DNA of 64,000 nucleotides from Candidatus Poseidoniales archaeon (GTDB lineage Archaea; Thermoplasmatota; Poseidoniia; Poseidoniales; Thalassarchaeaceae): contig JAPOFX010000005.1 of NCBI GenBank assembly GCA_028283505.1, positions 1,869 to 65,868 of the forward strand, in the 5' to 3' direction. Numbering within the stretch: the first letter of the stretch is position 1; the number at the start of each line of letters is the position of its first letter. This document shows positions 27,272 to 36,055 of this stretch, piece by piece. The notes under the pieces were generated by a model. The model ran no database searches. It saw only the letters and a program-made list of their open reading frames with translations, and had not been told where the DNA came from. A program made the translations under genes and the position numbers.

Positions 27272-27943
27272 GCCGCTCCGGGGGAGTGGTGTGGGCAAGC
27301 TTCGGCAAACCCGCGGGCCACAAAAACCGTATCCGCAAAGTCGGAGAGGTAGAACCGGGATCCGAAAGGTGAACGGGGAACAGTTGAATCGTCTGTGGAC
27401 GAGGAGACGGCAGTAGAACCGATGTGGAAATAGCCGGACGCAAGGAAGGGGAAAGAAGCGACGGGGGAAGCTGGGGAAAACGAAACCGAACCCTTCGGGG
27501 GGAAAACACAAACCGTACCAGAAAACCATGCTGCAGAGGTACACGAGAAAAGGGAAAGGAACCAGAGATGGAAACGATCCTAGAAATCGGGTGTGGGGAA
27601 CAAAAGTGGAGAAAACCGGACGCAAGGAAGGGGAGAGAAACTAGAGGGAAACACACCGGGAACGAGAGCAGGGAGACCTGTGGAGGACCGGTACCGATCG
27701 AGGATTAAAATGGTGACACTAGCCATGGAGAGAGACGACGAGGGCATTGAAGGAGCGATCCTTCAAGGGGGATATTACCCCAACAAGTCCAGAAAAAGAC
27801 AAAGGGACCCTAGAGGCCCCAGAGTCATCTACCCGGGAAATCCTAGGTAACTAGGAGGAACCGGACCCTGCGGAGTACGCAGGGGGGAAGCTTCCCCAAG
27901 CTGAACCCCTGCTGCTCCCACCCTTTCTTGGCCCTTTCAAACA
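27272..27943 (+). ncRNA. Candidate large structured non-coding RNA (~670 nt), family unknown
   Basis: Promoter upstream and T-tract downstream. Many tetraloop hairpins (UUCG 27301 and 27494; GAAA 27364; GAGA 27565 and 27673; GCGA 27755; GUAA 27847). 5'/3' complementarity. Only 18 T in 240 nt (27421-27660). No credible ORF. Confidence 0.7.
27424..27639 (+). repeat. 34-nt direct repeat, two copies 182 nt apart
   Basis: GTGGAAATAGCCGGACGCAAGGAAGGGGAAAGAA (27424-27457) vs GTGGAGAAAACCGGACGCAAGGAAGGGGAGAGAA (27606-27639), 30/34 identical. Confidence 0.85.
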
Positions 27944-27953
27944 TTTTTTTCTT
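27921..27953 (+). terminator. Pyrimidine/oligo-T terminator-like tract
   Basis: CCCTTTCTTGGCCCTTTCAAACATTTTTTTCTT directly after the purine-rich region. Archaeal terminators are U-tracts. Confidence 0.6.
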
Positions 27954-27962
27954 ACAAGGGTT

Positions 27963-29561
27963 CTACCTAGTACCTGTCATCAGTTCGGGTCTAACCCATT
28001 CATCGAATTGATCTTCCGTTAGTGCCCCTAATTCCAATGCACTCTCTCTAAGAGTTAGGTTGTTTTTGTGGGCATTTTTTGCAATCTTCGCTGCATTGTC
28101 ATACCCAATATGAGGGTTCAAGGCTGTCACTAACATCAACGAGTTCTCCAAATGTTCAGCGATCCTAACCTCATTGGCCCTCAGGCCCTTGATGCAGTTA
28201 TCAGTGAATGATCTGCAGCCATCAGAAATTATCCTGATTGAGTGGAGCAGATTGTAAATCATCATTGGCTTGAAAACGTTTAGCTCGAAATTGCCCTGAC
28301 TCCCTCCGATAGAGATAGCCATGTGGTTTCCCATCACCTGACAACATATCATCGTCAAAGCTTCTGACTGTGTGGGATTGACCTTTCCAGGCATTATGCT
28401 AGATCCCGGCTCATTGGCTGGAAGGGACAATTCTCCTATCCCGCATCTGGGCCCCGAGCCCAGCCACCTAACATCATTGGCTATTTTCATCAAGGAGGCC
28501 GCAAGAGTATTCAGAGCGCCTGAAGCTGATACAACTGCATCGTGGGCCGCAATCTGAGAGAATTTGTTGTGAGCACTAGTGAATGGTAACCCGGTTTTTG
28601 CGGCGATTTTTGATGCGACCAAATCTGGGAAATCGGGATGAGTGTTCAGACCGGTACCTACTGCTGTTCCACCAAGAGCTAATTCGTACAGATCGATGAG
28701 GGAGAACTCAATCCTCCTAATATCTGCATCTAGCATTGAAACATATCCAGAGAATTCCTGGCCGAGGGTAAGAGGTACAGCATCCATGAGATGGGTCCTC
28801 CCGATTTTGACGATGGAGTCAAACTCCTTTGATTTGAACGAAAGGGCTTCCCTTAGATAGTGTAGCGAAGGTAAAAGTACGTTTGTGATCTGTTCGACTG
28901 ACGATATATGCATGGCTGTTGGAAAGGTGTCGTTACTGGACTGTGCCCTATTGACATGGTCATTAGGGTGCACTGGCGTCTTGCTCCCGAGCCTCCCTCC
29001 AGCAAGTTCGATCGCTCTATTGGCTATGACCTCGTTAGCATTCATGTTTGTCTGGGTACCGGAACCGGTTTGCCACACACTAAGAGGAAAGTGTTCGTCT
29101 AGACTTCCTGAAATGACCTCCTTGCACGAAGATACAATCAGAGATTCTACGTCTTTATCTAATTCCCCGAGTTCAGAATTGGATTCAGCTGCCGACATCT
29201 TTAGGATTCCAAAGGCTCTGATTATTGATCTTGGCATTGTTTCCTCACCAATATCGAAATTTTCCAGAGATCTGGCAGTCTGAGCACCATAATATCTGTC
29301 GGCAGGGACTTCTATCTCTCCCATGGTATCAACTTCTACCCTTAACTCAGATGGATTTGCCCTTGCAGACCTCGGTTCTGCGATAGGTTCATTGGCATCA
29401 CTCAGCATATTTCGGGATAGTCCGTCCTCGATCATCTTGGCAATTGTTGCCGACCTGCCACTAGATTTTCCTTTCCCTACCCTTCGATCTAACTTTCTAG
29501 CGGTTTCCTCGGGTATACTGATGCTTATGATTCTTCGATCTCCAGCGCGGTGCTTTGCCAT
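27963..29561 (-). CDS. fumC: Class II fumarate hydratase with N-terminal ribbon-helix-helix-like domain
   Basis: From about residue 74: [61 protein letters not shown]. Residues 9-50 read [15 protein letters not shown]...[11 protein letters not shown]. Confidence 0.95.
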   Translation of the reverse strand: MAKHRAGDRRIISISIPEETARKLDRRVGKGKSSGRSATIAKMIEDGLSRNMLSDANEPIAEPRSARANPSELRVEVDTMGEIEVPADRYYGAQTARSLENFDIGEETMPRSIIRAFGILKMSAAESNSELGELDKDVESLIVSSCKEVISGSLDEHFPLSVWQTGSGTQTNMNANEVIANRAIELAGGRLGSKTPVHPNDHVNRAQSSNDTFPTAMHISSVEQITNVLLPSLHYLREALSFKSKEFDSIVKIGRTHLMDAVPLTLGQEFSGYVSMLDADIRRIEFSLIDLYELALGGTAVGTGLNTHPDFPDLVASKIAAKTGLPFTSAHNKFSQIAAHDAVVSASGALNTLAASLMKIANDVRWLGSGPRCGIGELSLPANEPGSSIMPGKVNPTQSEALTMICCQVMGNHMAISIGGSQGNFELNVFKPMMIYNLLHSIRIISDGCRSFTDNCIKGLRANEVRIAEHLENSLMLVTALNPHIGYDNAAKIAKNAHKNNLTLRESALELGALTEDQFDEWVRPELMTGTR

Positions 29562-29571
29562 GTAGTTCCGA

Positions 29572-29600
29572 TTTATTAATTATTAATAAAATTAATTATT
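29572..29600. promoter_or_regulatory. AT-rich palindrome over the fumC promoter region (candidate operator)
   Basis: TTTATTAAT-T-ATTAATAAA (29572-29590), with ATTAATTATT repeated at 29575 and 29591. Lies 11-39 bp upstream of the ATG. Confidence 0.55.
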
Positions 29601-29623
29601 GGCTCGCCATACGACGATTATTA

Positions 29624-30109
29624 TTACAATCTGGTCACACTTATGATTTTCTGAGGATCGTATGGCCTATCTCCGGGCTTGGTATCACAGCCCTCAATCT
29701 TGTATACGTTCTCCATTCCCTCAATAACCTCTCCAAAAATTGCATGATTCCCATCTAACCATGGGGTTGGCACTGTTGTGAGGAAAAACTGTGATCCCCC
29801 TGTATTTGGGCCTGCATTCGCCATTGAGAATAATCCTGGCCTATCATGCCTCTTTGCCAGAGCCGATGGCTCACAGTCAATCTTCCACCCTGGTCCCCCT
29901 GTTCCTGCTCTTCCATCAAATGGATCTTTGGATCTGGGGCATCCTCCTTGAATCATGAAATTCTTGATTACACGATGGAAGTGCAATCCATCATAGAAAC
30001 CATCGTCCACTAATTTCAGGAAGTTGCCTGTAGTTTCCGGGCAGTCCTCAGTGTACAGTGCAATATCAATATCTCCAGCGCTCGTCATCATCCTAACTGT
30101 GGTTGGCAT
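29624..30109 (-). CDS. Cyclophilin-type peptidyl-prolyl isomerase
   Basis: P.T..NF, FY.GL.FHRVI..FMIQGG, SMANAGPNT.GSQFF, WLDG.H.IFG.V. Confidence 0.96.
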   Translation of the reverse strand: MPTTVRMMTSAGDIDIALYTEDCPETTGNFLKLVDDGFYDGLHFHRVIKNFMIQGGCPRSKDPFDGRAGTGGPGWKIDCEPSALAKRHDRPGLFSMANAGPNTGGSQFFLTTVPTPWLDGNHAIFGEVIEGMENVYKIEGCDTKPGDRPYDPQKIISVTRL

Positions 30110-30206
30110 GTATGTGCGTGATGCACACAGTCCAATAGTGTAACTACTGTAAGTAGTAAGAATTCATACTTTGAAAATGCAGAAATTTGACTGAAGTAAT
30201 CGAGAT

Positions 30207-30605
30207 TCAGGCCACCATTGATCCTGGAAGTACGCCTTCTGGAAGATCTAACAGCCTTACAGAACCGTCGGGATCAAGTGCCCCTAAAACTAGGAATTGG
30301 GATACAAAACCTGTCGGTAAAGTCTTGTCACCTAAGTTGACAGCTCCTACTACCATTCTCCCTATCAAATCATGACGTGGGTAGTTCGTAATCTGGGCTG
30401 AGCTCCATAGCTTCCCGATTATCGGGCCAAAATCAACCTGGATTTTGTATGATGGCTTATTCATCTCAGGGAATCTCTGGACGTCGACAATAACTCCGGC
30501 CCTCAAATCTAGATCGAAGTACGCAGATGCCCCTACGTATTCCTTTCTGGGCAGTTTTGTTGGATCGTATGGTTTTCCTTGCGAATCGATGATGTGTTTG
30601 TCCAA
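30207..30605 (-). CDS. csaA: tRNA-binding / CsaA-like protein
   Basis: LDLRAG.I, YK..VDFG, SSAQIT.Y, VN, F.S..LVLG. TTG start. Confidence 0.85.
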   Translation of the reverse strand: MDKHIIDSQGKPYDPTKLPRKEYVGASAYFDLDLRAGVIVDVQRFPEMNKPSYKIQVDFGPIIGKLWSSAQITNYPRHDLIGRMVVGAVNLGDKTLPTGFVSQFLVLGALDPDGSVRLLDLPEGVLPGSMVA

Positions 30606-31193
30606 TCAATCACCCGTGACATCCGACCTTAGAATTAGAGGAATCAGTTTAATACCGGCTGATTTGAATGCTTCCATCCCTCCCTCTTCCCTATCAAGAA
30701 TTGTCACGCAAGCTACTATTTCGCAACCCATTGATTTCATCATTGATGCTGCTTTCAGCGCGGACCCGCCTGTTGTAGTAACGTCTTCCAACAGAATCAC
30801 TCTGTCTCCTGATCTAATCGTAGAACCCTCAATGCCAGGTGGGTTTCCGGTTTTCCTACCTCCTCTTCCCTTTGGCTCTTTCCTTACCATGAAACCCCTT
30901 ATTTTCGATCCTTTTCCAGCCTTTGAAATCGCTATTGCGGTCAAAGGGACTGCCCCGAGCTCAAGTCCTCCCACGGCATCGACTCCACCCAAGGAGTCAA
31001 TACAATCATGAATCAATACTCCAATTAAATGCGCACAGTGAGGGTTCATCATTACTGGTTTCATATCGAAAAAATGCGGGCTCTTTCTACCGCTAGCTAG
31101 TGTAAATTGATCATCCGAGGAATGGAGATATGCTAATTCTCTTACTCTCTCAATTAGCTGGACCTTTGCTTTTTGTGGTGAAATTTGCTGCAT
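30606..31193 (-). CDS. pyrE: Orotate phosphoribosyltransferase
   Basis: FTLASG.KS..FFD.K, GG.ELGAVP, VRKE.K, LEDVTTTGGS, DREEG. Confidence 0.93.
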   Translation of the reverse strand: MQQISPQKAKVQLIERVRELAYLHSSDDQFTLASGRKSPHFFDMKPVMMNPHCAHLIGVLIHDCIDSLGGVDAVGGLELGAVPLTAIAISKAGKGSKIRGFMVRKEPKGRGGRKTGNPPGIEGSTIRSGDRVILLEDVTTTGGSALKAASMMKSMGCEIVACVTILDREEGGMEAFKSAGIKLIPLILRSDVTGD

Positions 31194-31321
31194 GACCAAT
31201 TACCCTCCGGCGATAGGACTGGCATGAAGGTTCGGTTTAGAAATTGTCTAAAAGTGGATAAACACGGTCAATGTTCTTGTGCGGCCCGTCATGTGGGTTG
31301 GAATTACTGGGGGTCGGTGAG

Positions 31322-34300
31322 ATGAGTGGGGGCATAGGAAGTGTTTCTCAATTCGATCAACAAAGGTTGGTCTCAGAAGTTGAATCATACCAACTATGGT
31401 TAGACTCGAAGACTCAAGAAGCTTATGATATTGCTAAAATTGCCAAGGCAAAGGGTCATGATTTCAGTACTGAAATAGAAATTCCCAGGGCCTCTGATTT
31501 AGCCAGTAGAACTGAAAAACTACTTGAGGAGTATCTGAAGGGATTGGAAATAGAAGAGGGATTAAGGGAGATTCTATTAAATACTGACAGAGAGAGTGCT
31601 TCTATTCAGATTGCAGTTGATGTATCAAAGAGGATGTATGCTCGCGATGGTGACCTGAGGGAGGCTATTGATTGTGGGCTCAGGGTTGGGCTCGCAGTAC
31701 TAACCGAGGCCGTTCTTGTAGCTCCTCTTGATGGGATAGGGGCTGTAAGAATTCTCAATAATTCAGATGGCTCGGAATTTCTATCAATAGACTTCTGCGG
31801 ACCGATAAGAGCTGCTGGTGGCACAGCCCAAGCAATGTGCGTACTTATCGGAGATATGATTAGACGGGAATTGGGCATTGGTAGGTATACCCCTTCCACG
31901 AGTGAAGTGGAGAGAGTAAAGGAAGAGTTCGGGCTTTACAGAGTGGGGTTGCAATACAAGCCTCCTCCCGAGGAGGTTGAAGTGATTGTAAGAGCGTGTC
32001 CAGTTATGATCAACGGAGAGGAAACTGAGAAGCAGGAATGCGCCGGATTCAAGGAAGTAAAAAATATTCAGAACGAAAATGGCTCCTTTAGAACAAGGGT
32101 CAGGGGGGGTGTCATGCTGGTAATTGGTGAGGGGCTATGCCTCAAAGCCCCAAAAATCGTGAAGCATACAGAAAGAATGGAGATATCTGGGTGGGAATTC
32201 ATATCACAATTCGCCCAGAAGGGAAAAGATGATTCTTCCAAGTCCAAGAGTTTCAAAAGTCGTCAAATTCCCGAGATTTCAAGATACATGGATGATGTTA
32301 TTGCTGGACGTCCAATATTTGGAGAGCCATGTGAGCCGGGGGGTTTTAGGCTGAGGTATGGCAGAAGCAGGGCTACTGGATTGGCGGCAGCTGGATTGAA
32401 TCCTGTTTCCATGAAAGCAGCAGGAGGATTTCTTTCAGTCGGAACACAAATGAAAATTGAGCGTCCAGGTAAAGCCTGCGCTGTTACTCCATGTGCGGAA
32501 ATAGAAGGCCCAATGGTAATCCTGGACAACGGAGAGTTTCGAAGAGTGGATGCCATGGAGGATTGGGAGAAAATCGAGGAGAGAGTCGTTTCAATCTGGG
32601 ATAATGGGGAGATACTGATTGGATTTGGTGAGTTTCTTGAGAATAACAAGTCCCTGGTACCTTCCGCATACAATAGGGATTGGTGGGCTGCAGATTTAGC
32701 GGAATCCTTGGACCAGCCGCATAAAGTCATTGAATTTGCCGAGATAATGGGACTCGACGTCGGTCAGCTTCCAAGCGGTCTACCCTTCAACGGAGCGGTA
32801 TCTCGAGGTGGAGAAGATCCTCTGGAAAGAGAATGGCGGAAAAGAGCGTGGTATGTTTATCTTAGAGATCTGAAATTGGATTGGGTCCAATCAAAGAAAA
32901 TTGGGGAGTCGTTTGGAACAGCGGTTCCCCCTCCTTGGAATCTATGGTGGTCGGATCTTCCAATCTCAATAGTAAATCCACTAACTGAATCATTAATTGG
33001 CTCGACTGTGGAAGAAGCGGGTCTGAGAATTTCCAATGCTTCTGAAGGATGGGGTTCCGGTTCAACATTTGGTTCAGATCTTTCGCAGGAGCCTGATTTT
33101 GATAGGTGGCCTTCTTGGATGTCAATAGAAGAACACGGTATTACCAAGTCTGCTCTCATGACGCTGGGATTAGCTCATTTACATAGCAATGGTGATATCA
33201 TAGTACCCAGAAATTGGGAAGGACTTCTTGAAGGGCTGGGCCTGATAAACGAATCTGGGGTTGTGAGCCGTTCAGTGGACTCCGCTGATCACATAGAAGA
33301 TCGCCTTGGGAGAATTAAGGCGGCCAGAGAGATAGTCGGAGCAGAGGAAGCGAGATTAAGAGATCTGGAGAGTAGAAAGGGGGTTGCAAGGGTTCGTGCT
33401 ACAACTGTGGCAATGCAGGAAGGAAAGGGGACATTGGAAACCGAAGCAATTGGGGATAAGGCCTCCGAGGCAATCCAAGATCCTGGGCCCGCTGATAGTA
33501 TCGAGCTCAGAAAATCTGTCTCATTGATAGATGACCATACTGTCGATGGGGCACTTTGGCTGGTTAGGAAGGTTTCCTCATGCAGGTGGGAGGATTCAGC
33601 AACTTGTCGAATAGGTGCCAGAATGGGGAGGCCTGAGAAGTCCGGGGTAAGAGAGATGAAGCCTATGGTTCATGCACTTTATCCAATTGCTGAAACTGGT
33701 GGCCCACAGAGACTAATTGGGGAGTCTTCCTCAAAAGGTAGCATCAGGGTCCAGATGGGTCCGAGGATATGTACCGTATGTGGCTCCGAATCCCCCCATA
33801 TCAGATGCCACAAAAGACCTGATCCAAATGTTCCAATAGAGTGTGGGGGAAGAACAGAGGAACGAAAGAAAAGAGGAGGCAATAGGAGGAGGAGGGGGGA
33901 ATTCACCACTGTTCCAATTTCATCCATATTGGAGGTCAAAAGAAGATCCTTGGGTTTAGATAAGCTACCTTCAAAAATTAAGGCTGTTAAGGGGTTGATA
34001 TCCATCGGACAATCCCCTGAGCCGTTGGAGAAGGGAATTCTCAGAGCGAAGCATGGTGTGTCAGTTTTCAGGGATGGTACTTCCAGATACGATATGAGTG
34101 ATGTCCCGGTGACTCATTTCAAACCTGTTGAGATTGGTACTCCGTGGGAGTCTTTGGTCAGACTTGGCTATACACATGATATTCGTGGGAATCAGTTGAG
34201 CTCCGATACTCAGATGCTTGAGTTGTTGCCCCAAGATTTCATACCTTCAATTAGATCTAAGGACCATCTTCTTGCTACTTGCGGATTCGTTGATGATCTT

Positions 34301-35296
34301 CTCATTCGTTTCTATGGCATGGAGCCGTTTTACAACGCCTTGACCGAGATTGACTTAGTGGGCAGACTTGCTATCGGTCTTGCCCCTCATACTTCGGGAG
34401 GAGTCCTGTGTAGAATTATTGGGTGGACTTCTTCCTCTGCAGGGTATGCGCATCCATTGTTCCACGCTGCAAAAAGAAGAAACTGCGATGGGGATGAGGA
34501 CAGTATAATGATGCTAATGGACGGTCTTTTGAATTTCTCAAAGGAAATCTTGCCAGCTGGTAGGGGAGGGAGAATGGATGCCCCTCTTGTACTAACTACT
34601 AGGCTAAATCCTATGGAGATAGATAAGGAGGCACTGAATGTAGACTGTTCCTGGAGTTATTCGAGGGCATTCTATGAGGCGTCCCTATCACAACCACACC
34701 CCAGTGAGGCATCTAATTTGGTAGATCTAGTGAGTGACAGGCTTGGGACGATAGGGGATCTCCGGGGATATGGATGGACCCATGACTCCGGAGAGTTAGA
34801 TTCCGGGCCGATTAATTCCGCATACAAGACACTAGTCAGCATGACTGACAAGATGGGCGAGCAATTGGCTCTTGGAAGTAGGCTTCGTTCTGTTAGTGTG
34901 GACAGGGTTGCGTCGCAGGTCATAGAATCTCACTTCCTCCCTGATATGAGAGGGAACATGATGGCCTTCACGAGGCAGAAGGTTAGGTGTGTGAAGTGTG
35001 GTCACTCTTATCGGAGGATGCCTCTAGCAGGGAAGTGCATTCAAAGGGCTGGGGCTCTTTCAAGAGGGCCTAGGTTCTCCAGCTCCGACGATGGTGTGGC
35101 GACATGTGGGGGGAACGTTGTCTTGACCGTTTCCGAGGGAGCTGTGAGAAAGTATATCCAGGTAACCAAAGAGGTTATGGAAAATTATGGCGTTGATGAT
35201 TACACGAAACAACGAGTTGATTGGATGTCGGACAGCGTAGATTCTCTTTTCAATAACGACAAAGTGACTGTGATGACTTTGGAGGATTTCTTGTAG
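31322..35296 (+). CDS. polC: DNA polymerase D large subunit (DP2)
   Basis: GLAVLTE...APL.GI, GPIRAAGGT, GGFRLRYGRSR, RIGARMGRPEK, EPLEKGILRAK, HAAKRRNCDGDED, C-terminal CxxC..C..CGG. GGTGA RBS before ATG 31322. Confidence 0.97.
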   Translation: MSGGIGSVSQFDQQRLVSEVESYQLWLDSKTQEAYDIAKIAKAKGHDFSTEIEIPRASDLASRTEKLLEEYLKGLEIEEGLREILLNTDRESASIQIAVDVSKRMYARDGDLREAIDCGLRVGLAVLTEAVLVAPLDGIGAVRILNNSDGSEFLSIDFCGPIRAAGGTAQAMCVLIGDMIRRELGIGRYTPSTSEVERVKEEFGLYRVGLQYKPPPEEVEVIVRACPVMINGEETEKQECAGFKEVKNIQNENGSFRTRVRGGVMLVIGEGLCLKAPKIVKHTERMEISGWEFISQFAQKGKDDSSKSKSFKSRQIPEISRYMDDVIAGRPIFGEPCEPGGFRLRYGRSRATGLAAAGLNPVSMKAAGGFLSVGTQMKIERPGKACAVTPCAEIEGPMVILDNGEFRRVDAMEDWEKIEERVVSIWDNGEILIGFGEFLENNKSLVPSAYNRDWWAADLAESLDQPHKVIEFAEIMGLDVGQLPSGLPFNGAVSRGGEDPLEREWRKRAWYVYLRDLKLDWVQSKKIGESFGTAVPPPWNLWWSDLPISIVNPLTESLIGSTVEEAGLRISNASEGWGSGSTFGSDLSQEPDFDRWPSWMSIEEHGITKSALMTLGLAHLHSNGDIIVPRNWEGLLEGLGLINESGVVSRSVDSADHIEDRLGRIKAAREIVGAEEARLRDLESRKGVARVRATTVAMQEGKGTLETEAIGDKASEAIQDPGPADSIELRKSVSLIDDHTVDGALWLVRKVSSCRWEDSATCRIGARMGRPEKSGVREMKPMVHALYPIAETGGPQRLIGESSSKGSIRVQMGPRICTVCGSESPHIRCHKRPDPNVPIECGGRTEERKKRGGNRRRRGEFTTVPISSILEVKRRSLGLDKLPSKIKAVKGLISIGQSPEPLEKGILRAKHGVSVFRDGTSRYDMSDVPVTHFKPVEIGTPWESLVRLGYTHDIRGNQLSSDTQMLELLPQDFIPSIRSKDHLLATCGFVDDLLIRFYGMEPFYNALTEIDLVGRLAIGLAPHTSGGVLCRIIGWTSSSAGYAHPLFHAAKRRNCDGDEDSIMMLMDGLLNFSKEILPAGRGGRMDAPLVLTTRLNPMEIDKEALNVDCSWSYSRAFYEASLSQPHPSEASNLVDLVSDRLGTIGDLRGYGWTHDSGELDSGPINSAYKTLVSMTDKMGEQLALGSRLRSVSVDRVASQVIESHFLPDMRGNMMAFTRQKVRCVKCGHSYRRMPLAGKCIQRAGALSRGPRFSSSDDGVATCGGNVVLTVSEGAVRKYIQVTKEVMENYGVDDYTKQRVDWMSDSVDSLFNNDKVTVMTLEDFL

Positions 35297-36055
35297 TCAA
35301 AAATCTAGTTTGAGTGATTTCAGAATTCTGCCCATCCACTGTAATTTCTCAAGTTTCGTACTTTTTACGGAGCTTCCGGACCATCTTCCAACCTCTTGCG
35401 TATTTGTCCCTAACAGAGTTATTCTCTCAATTGGTATCCCCAATGACAATGCTATACAGGCGGCTCTATCCCCGTCTGTGAATCCCCCGGGGTTATGCAT
35501 CCCAGGTATCTCCTCTGGTGTCTGATGAGTTAGGATCAAAGGAGGAGGGGAGGGGGCCTCTATGGATATTTGGAGTATTTTTTTCAAATCCTCTCGATTG
35601 TCTCCATGTGCGTGCAAGAAGATTGTTTTTCCACGTCTGGCGGCCTGAATTGTACCATCTCCGCCATCAGCATCACTGACCATGAATAACATTCTAGACC
35701 AGGCTCTCTCAGCAGAGGTATCTGGCAAAAGTGAGAATACGCCTGCGGCCCCGTCGGCAGCAATTAGCAGGGTTGGTGTTTCAAGAACTTGGACTAACTC
35801 TTCCATGTCTATGGCTGCACCAAGAATTGCAACATTTTGTTCTCTCAATACAGCCCTTCTCTGTATGTTGGCAACTGTAGCGGCCCTATTGGGCCTACTC
35901 CACAAATCGATTCCTGAGTCCTCCACGATAGAAATTAGCTCCTTTGCACTAAGTTGGTCATGATCGAGCTCCCACCCAAAATGGGTCCTGAATTCATTTT
36001 GAATTGATACAACCTCCTTGTTATGGGGCAGGAGATCAGTGGGGGGTCTAAGCAT
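35297..36055 (-). CDS. mptE: 6-hydroxymethyl-7,8-dihydropterin pyrophosphokinase (MptE-like)
   Basis: IAADGA, VSDADG, HAHGDN, N.GGFTDGDRA, K..KL.W. Confidence 0.85.
   Translation of the reverse strand: MLRPPTDLLPHNKEVVSIQNEFRTHFGWELDHDQLSAKELISIVEDSGIDLWSRPNRAATVANIQRRAVLREQNVAILGAAIDMEELVQVLETPTLLIAADGAAGVFSLLPDTSAERAWSRMLFMVSDADGGDGTIQAARRGKTIFLHAHGDNREDLKKILQISIEAPSPPPLILTHQTPEEIPGMHNPGGFTDGDRAACIALSLGIPIERITLLGTNTQEVGRWSGSSVKSTKLEKLQWMGRILKSLKLDF

Noticed and set aside
27249-27464. 9-bp complementarity CCGTCGCTT (27249-27257) / AAGCGACGG (27456-27464)
   Set aside because: The left arm lies between the TATA box and the predicted TSS, so it would not be transcribed. Probably chance unless the TSS is further upstream.
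27189-27850. Four short ORFs (27189-27656 -, 27242-27625 -, 27424-27708 +, 27593-27850 +) in the large gap
   Set aside because: They are explained by extreme strand composition, which makes stops rare. The translations are low-complexity, and the internal repeat falls in different frames.
27272-27943. RNase P RNA, SRP RNA, rRNA fragment, group II intron or CRISPR array as the identity of the structured region
   Set aside because: No GAGGAAAGUCC/P4 pairing, no SRP helix-8 motif, no rRNA universal sequences and no domain V with an AGC triad. The repeat has only two copies, 182 nt apart. A cmscan is still needed to be sure.
30113-31252. Small inverted repeats TGTGC-GTGAT-GCACA (30113), ACTAC-TGTAA-GTAGT (30143) and TTTAGA-AATTG-TCTAAA (31236)
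   Set aside because: Arms of 5-6 bp are expected by chance, and they share no motif.
31322-35296. Intein in the long DP2 (also checked in nrdJ)
   Set aside because: The usual insertion site KRRN/CDGDED is uninterrupted, and I saw no C...HN splice ends or LAGLIDADG motifs. The extra length looks like lineage-specific insertions.
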